A DNA stretch of 64,000 bases from an uncultured delta proteobacterium (GTDB taxonomy: Bacteria > Desulfobacterota > Binatia > UBA9968). The stretch covers positions 32,001 through 96,000 of the forward strand of contig CAWJBB010000041.1 in NCBI GenBank assembly GCA_963840855.1, given 5' to 3'. The translations under genes were made by a program, and so were the position numbers. This document shows, piece after piece, positions 60,311-64,000 of the stretch (its first letter is position 1; every line of letters begins with the position of its first letter). The notes beneath the pieces were generated by a model. The model was not told where the DNA came from. It did not search any database and saw nothing but the letters and a program-made list of their open reading frames with translations.

Positions 60311-61566
60311 CTGCGTCCTAAGCGGAAGAAGACGATTGCCAGTCCCAGCACCACTACGGCGACGATGGCGAAGCCGATCCAGCCCCAGATCGTCGGCGTG
60401 GAAACCGTGACGCGAAAATCCACCGATTTGTTCGTTTCCGGTGAATTGGCCGTCACGCTCAGCAGATAGTCGCCCGCGATCGTACGGTCGGGGGCGAGAA
60501 TCTCCATTTTGATTTCCCGCACCTCGCCGGGGTTGAGCGCGTCAAGCTTGTCGGGCTTGAAATCAACGGTCCATTTGTCACCGGGCTTCTTGGTAATGAA
60601 AGACAGATTGCGGATCGGCGCTGTGCCGGCGTTGCCGACAACGAAGTCCACCGGGGCTTTTTTGCCGGCGGTCACCGAAGCATTGAGGGTACCAGCCAAA
60701 GAAGCCATCTTGAGGTCCTGCGTGCCCTTGAGGGTGACGTTAACCTTGGTGCTGGCTTCAAAGGCGCCCGAGCGCGCGGTAATGGCGACAGGATGTTCCT
60801 TGGCATCGGCGCGCGACGGTGTGTCGATTTCCACGCTCAAGGTTTCCGAGCCGCTTTCCTTGATTTGAATCGAGGCGATCTGTTGGTCACCGAATTGCGG
60901 CTTGAAGCGGACCGTCCAGCCCGGCGGCGCTTGCGCCGCTAACGACGTTGTCAACGGCTTGTTGGTTTCGTTCTTGAGATCGACGGTAAACTTGAGGGTC
61001 TGGCCGGTACCGGTGGTCAATACCGGATACTGGCTGGTCAGCTTTAGGCCGCCCGTTTCGACTTTCTTCGAGGTAACGCGGAAGTTTATCGTTTCGACGT
61101 ATTGCGTTGGGCCATTGATATCCTTGGCGGTGACTTTGATTTGATAATTTCCGGGCGGGGTCTTTTCCGGAACTTTTGCTTTGAATTCGACCGTCGTGGA
61201 TTTATTAGTGGATTGATCGCCTCCCGCAACCATGACCGAACGAATCGGGTAGCTAGGGTATCGCGAGTTGAGGTTGATGTCCCAACCCTTAGGCACGCCG
61301 TCGAGGGCCAAGCTCACCTCGACTGGAAATCTTCGACGATTGACGACCTCCGTGTCCATGGTGACTTCTTGCCCTTGGCCGACGGTGAGGTCTTTGAAGG
61401 GCAGGATGAGATTGAAGGACTCCTTGGATTCAGGAACGCTTTGCTCGGCTTTTTCGGCTTTTTCCGCGGCTGTTCCTGGCGACGAGACTCCCGCCGCGCA
61501 TAGCAGAGACAACGCGAAGACTAATCCAGACAACCGCGAGCGGAGTTTTGCTGCTCCGAACCTCAT
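60307..61566 (-). CDS. Membrane-anchored protein with repeated NEW3/Ig-like domains
   Basis: Signal peptide, three beta-sandwich repeats (PKGW, PPGW, DKW), C-terminal TM helix. Confidence 0.8.
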   Translation of the reverse strand: MRFGAAKLRSRLSGLVFALSLLCAAGVSSPGTAAEKAEKAEQSVPESKESFNLILPFKDLTVGQGQEVTMDTEVVNRRRFPVEVSLALDGVPKGWDINLNSRYPSYPIRSVMVAGGDQSTNKSTTVEFKAKVPEKTPPGNYQIKVTAKDINGPTQYVETINFRVTSKKVETGGLKLTSQYPVLTTGTGQTLKFTVDLKNETNKPLTTSLAAQAPPGWTVRFKPQFGDQQIASIQIKESGSETLSVEIDTPSRADAKEHPVAITARSGAFEASTKVNVTLKGTQDLKMASLAGTLNASVTAGKKAPVDFVVGNAGTAPIRNLSFITKKPGDKWTVDFKPDKLDALNPGEVREIKMEILAPDRTIAGDYLLSVTANSPETNKSVDFRVTVSTPTIWGWIGFAIVAVVVLGLAIVFFRLGRR

Positions 61567-61650
61567 AATAGCAACCCCCTCAGAGAAAAAATTTTACGAG
61601 ATAACTAACCATATTTGGCCCTGGCGTCAAGAGCTAACATTAGTGATCTC

Positions 61651-62103
61651 TCATGTCTTGCCCAACTGCCGCAGGCCCTCGTAGAGAACAATGGCAACCG
61701 CGTTGGATAAATTCAAGCTGCGCACGCCGCTACCCATCATGGGGATGCGTAAGGCGCGCTCCGGATTGAGCGCGATCCACTCCTCCGGTAAGCCCCGGGT
61801 CTCGGGACCGAACACCAGGCAATCATCCTGCGCAAAGCTCACCTGAGTGTATGAGCGCACGGCCTTTTTCGAAAAATAGAGGAGCCGTTTGCCGGTGCGC
61901 TTTTCGAGAAATTGCTGCCACGAACTGTGCACATGAAGATCGACGAACTCCCAATAGTCCAACCCCGCGCGCTTGAGGTGTTTATCGTCGATCTTGAAGC
62001 CCAGCGGTTCGATTAAATGCAGCGGCGTCAGTGTCGCTGCGCACAGCCGGGCGACGCTCCCGGTATTGGGCGGAATTTCGGGCTGGTAGAGGACCACGTG
62101 CAT
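61651..62103 (-). CDS. trmL: tRNA (cytidine/uridine-34 2'-O)-methyltransferase
   Basis: PEIPPNTG, KRAGLDYW, FGPETRGL, RSLNLSN. Confidence 0.95.
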   Translation of the reverse strand: MHVVLYQPEIPPNTGSVARLCAATLTPLHLIEPLGFKIDDKHLKRAGLDYWEFVDLHVHSSWQQFLEKRTGKRLLYFSKKAVRSYTQVSFAQDDCLVFGPETRGLPEEWIALNPERALRIPMMGSGVRSLNLSNAVAIVLYEGLRQLGKT

Positions 62104-62109
62104 GTTCGT

Positions 62110-62556
62110 TCAGCTTTCGAGAATCAGGGTCACGGGTCCGTCGTTGACGAGAGCCACGCTCATGGCTGCTTGAAACCGCCCCGTGGCGACGGCGAGGCCG
62201 GCGGCGCGCAACTGAGCGACGAAGAATTCATATAGTCTTTGAGCGTCGGCGGGCGCCGCCGCTTCGCCAAAAGAGGGGCGGTTGCCTTTGCGGCAATCGC
62301 CGTACAAGGTGAACTGAGACACCACCAGAACTTCTCCATGGGTTTCACAGACCGAACGGTTGAGCTTGCCTTGATCGTCGTTAAAAATTCGCAGGCTGCC
62401 GACCTTCCTGGCCAGACTTTCGGCGTTGCGTTCGCCGTCGCCTTTGCCGATCCCTAATAGGATGCAAAGGCCTGGGCCGATCTTGCTGACGACGTCTTCG
62501 CCGCCTTCGCCCACCGTAACTTGAGCTTGAGTAACCCTTTGAATGACCGCGCGCAT
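62110..62556 (-). CDS. dtd: D-aminoacyl-tRNA deacylase
   Basis: [26 protein letters not shown]. Confidence 0.96.
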   Translation of the reverse strand: MRAVIQRVTQAQVTVGEGGEDVVSKIGPGLCILLGIGKGDGERNAESLARKVGSLRIFNDDQGKLNRSVCETHGEVLVVSQFTLYGDCRKGNRPSFGEAAAPADAQRLYEFFVAQLRAAGLAVATGRFQAAMSVALVNDGPVTLILES

Positions 62557-62704
62557 GGTTCGGCTATTCAAGTTGGAGGATAAGTGAGATTATGAAGAAT
62601 CATTGCTTCGGACTGGATCCAAATTCCTACGAAGTGCTAATGCAGTTCTTGTTAACAGAGAAATCCCGCCGCGACAATAAGCATAGAACCGCCTAGGATC
62701 CGCA

Positions 62705-62785
62705 AGTTCAAGCAGTTCCAGACGTTCAAATCGTTCAAGCCGTTGAACGACCTGAAGGATCGATCCGGTTGAACCGTTCGAACGA
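62705..62785. repeat. Inverted 9-nt-period GTTCAA/TTGAAC array
   Basis: AGTTCAAGCAGTTCCAGACGTTCAAATCGTTCAAGCCG. Confidence 0.7.
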
Positions 62786-62833
62786 GTTGTACTATGAAGG
62801 GGGCGACTTCGCGCTCTGCGAGATCTCAGGCAG

Positions 62834-63592
62834 ATGAAGACTAGCCGTTGTTTAGAGTTTGCGATTTTTGCGTTGGCGATCCTGGTCTCTGGGCTGGCAG
62901 CGCAGGGCTGGGCGCTAGCGGCGCAATTCGGCGAGGCGTCGACGTCCGGGCCGGGCGGTAAATTGCTGGGCAGAGTCCTGGTCACAGGCGGCTATGAAAG
63001 GCCTCGCCGGCTCAAAGTGTTTAAGAGCCGGAAATTTTGCGGTGCGACGGTGCCCAATGAGACCTTGTTGATTAGCGCTGACGGCGGCTTGCGCAACGCG
63101 ATAATAACCCTCCAGCCTCTTGACCGGATCGTAACCGCGCTGCCCGGGCGGGTGGTCTTGGATAACCAACAGTGCGCCTTTGTGCCCCATGTTCAAGTCG
63201 CTACGGTGGGGAGCGAGCTAACGTTGAAGAACAGCGATCCGATTTTGCACACGGTTCATGCGCGCATGGGCAAAGAGACGCTGTTTAATATCGGGCTGCC
63301 GACCTGGCGACAGGTGACCAAGCGGCTCGAACGGGCCGGCGTTGTCAGGATTGACTGCGACGTGTTGCACACCTGGATGAGCGCGACGATCATGGTTGTG
63401 GTGACGCCGTATTTTTCCGTGACCGACGCTAGCGGCGCTATTTCGTTTGAAGGATTGCCCGCAGGCATCTATGAAATGGAAGTTTGGCATGAGCGGTTTG
63501 GCGTGAAAAAAACCAGGGTAAATTTGCCGGAAAACAGCGCGGTTGCCGTCGATGTGGTGTTTGGTTCGGGCGCCGGGCGCCCCAATGAATGA
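62834..63592 (+). CDS. Exported cupredoxin-like / carboxypeptidase-regulatory-like domain protein
   Basis: Signal peptide, CAFVPHV, NSDPILHTVH, CDVLHTWM, WHE. Confidence 0.7.
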   Translation: MKTSRCLEFAIFALAILVSGLAAQGWALAAQFGEASTSGPGGKLLGRVLVTGGYERPRRLKVFKSRKFCGATVPNETLLISADGGLRNAIITLQPLDRIVTALPGRVVLDNQQCAFVPHVQVATVGSELTLKNSDPILHTVHARMGKETLFNIGLPTWRQVTKRLERAGVVRIDCDVLHTWMSATIMVVVTPYFSVTDASGAISFEGLPAGIYEMEVWHERFGVKKTRVNLPENSAVAVDVVFGSGAGRPNE

Positions 63593-63713
63593 CGAATGAT
63601 GAATTCGACCGGCTTTTTGTTAGCTTAGTGTTTTATGGCTTCTGGGTCACGCCTTCACAGTAAACCCCGAACACGCCCTTTTGTAACTGCATCGAAAATG
63701 CCACTATCATGCG

Positions 63714-64000
63714 ATGATTCCGATCCTATTCCATATCGGCCCGATTCCTGTATACAGCTTCGGTGCCTTCATGGCGCTTGCCGCCATCGCCGCAGCGTTG
63801 ATTGTTCAGTTCGAGCTCAAACGAACCGGTTACAATCCTGAGATCGCCTCGACAATGGTGCTTGCGGCGGCGATCGGAGGACTCGTTGGCGCGCGCCTAT
63901 TGTTCATCGTCGAAAATTGGCACGACTTTCTCCGCTCGCCGATGAATTACATTGCCACCGGCGCCGGTTTTACCTGGTACGGCGGATTTATCGGCGGTGC
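63714..64000 (+). CDS. lgt: Prolipoprotein diacylglyceryl transferase (3' truncated)
   Basis: MIPILFHIGPIPVYSFG...GGLVGARLLF...GFTWYGGFIGG read from the sequence. Confidence 0.88.
   Translation, partial: MIPILFHIGPIPVYSFGAFMALAAIAAALIVQFELKRTGYNPEIASTMVLAAAIGGLVGARLLFIVENWHDFLRSPMNYIATGAGFTWYGGFIGG

Overview
A GC-rich bacterial window. Its gene content (expanded ABC solute-binding protein, amidohydrolase and Mo-hydroxylase paralogs, ccsA-hemACDB, sigma-54 systems) resembles Binatota/Deltaproteobacteria-like soil genomes; that taxonomy is inference. Recognisable content: a sensor kinase/NtrC-type pair, a sigma-54/NtrC-controlled cyanate ABC transporter plus cyanase, 2-oxoacid:ferredoxin oxidoreductase, a Phd-RelE toxin-antitoxin pair, an IS110-family element inserted into a REP-like palindrome, two xanthine-dehydrogenase-family large subunits with a distant coxG/M/S set, heme biosynthesis genes, cytochrome c', an ECF sigma/anti-sigma pair, rpoZ, rpoH, ubiD, trmL, dtd and a partial lgt. 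Many genes carry small frameshifts, probably long-read indel errors. The most notable signal is UGA recoding missed by the ORF track: (i) a 73-aa ORF at 34560-34781 with two in-frame UGA codons in a U-x-x-x-U motif followed by a strong SECIS-like hairpin, (ii) an exported peroxiredoxin whose catalytic codon is UGA with a SECIS-like hairpin, and (iii) a weaker candidate with UGA as codon 3 at 50549-50767. Intergenic DNA is rich in several families of palindromic and short-period repeats, some nested. No tRNA, rRNA or CRISPR array was recognised.
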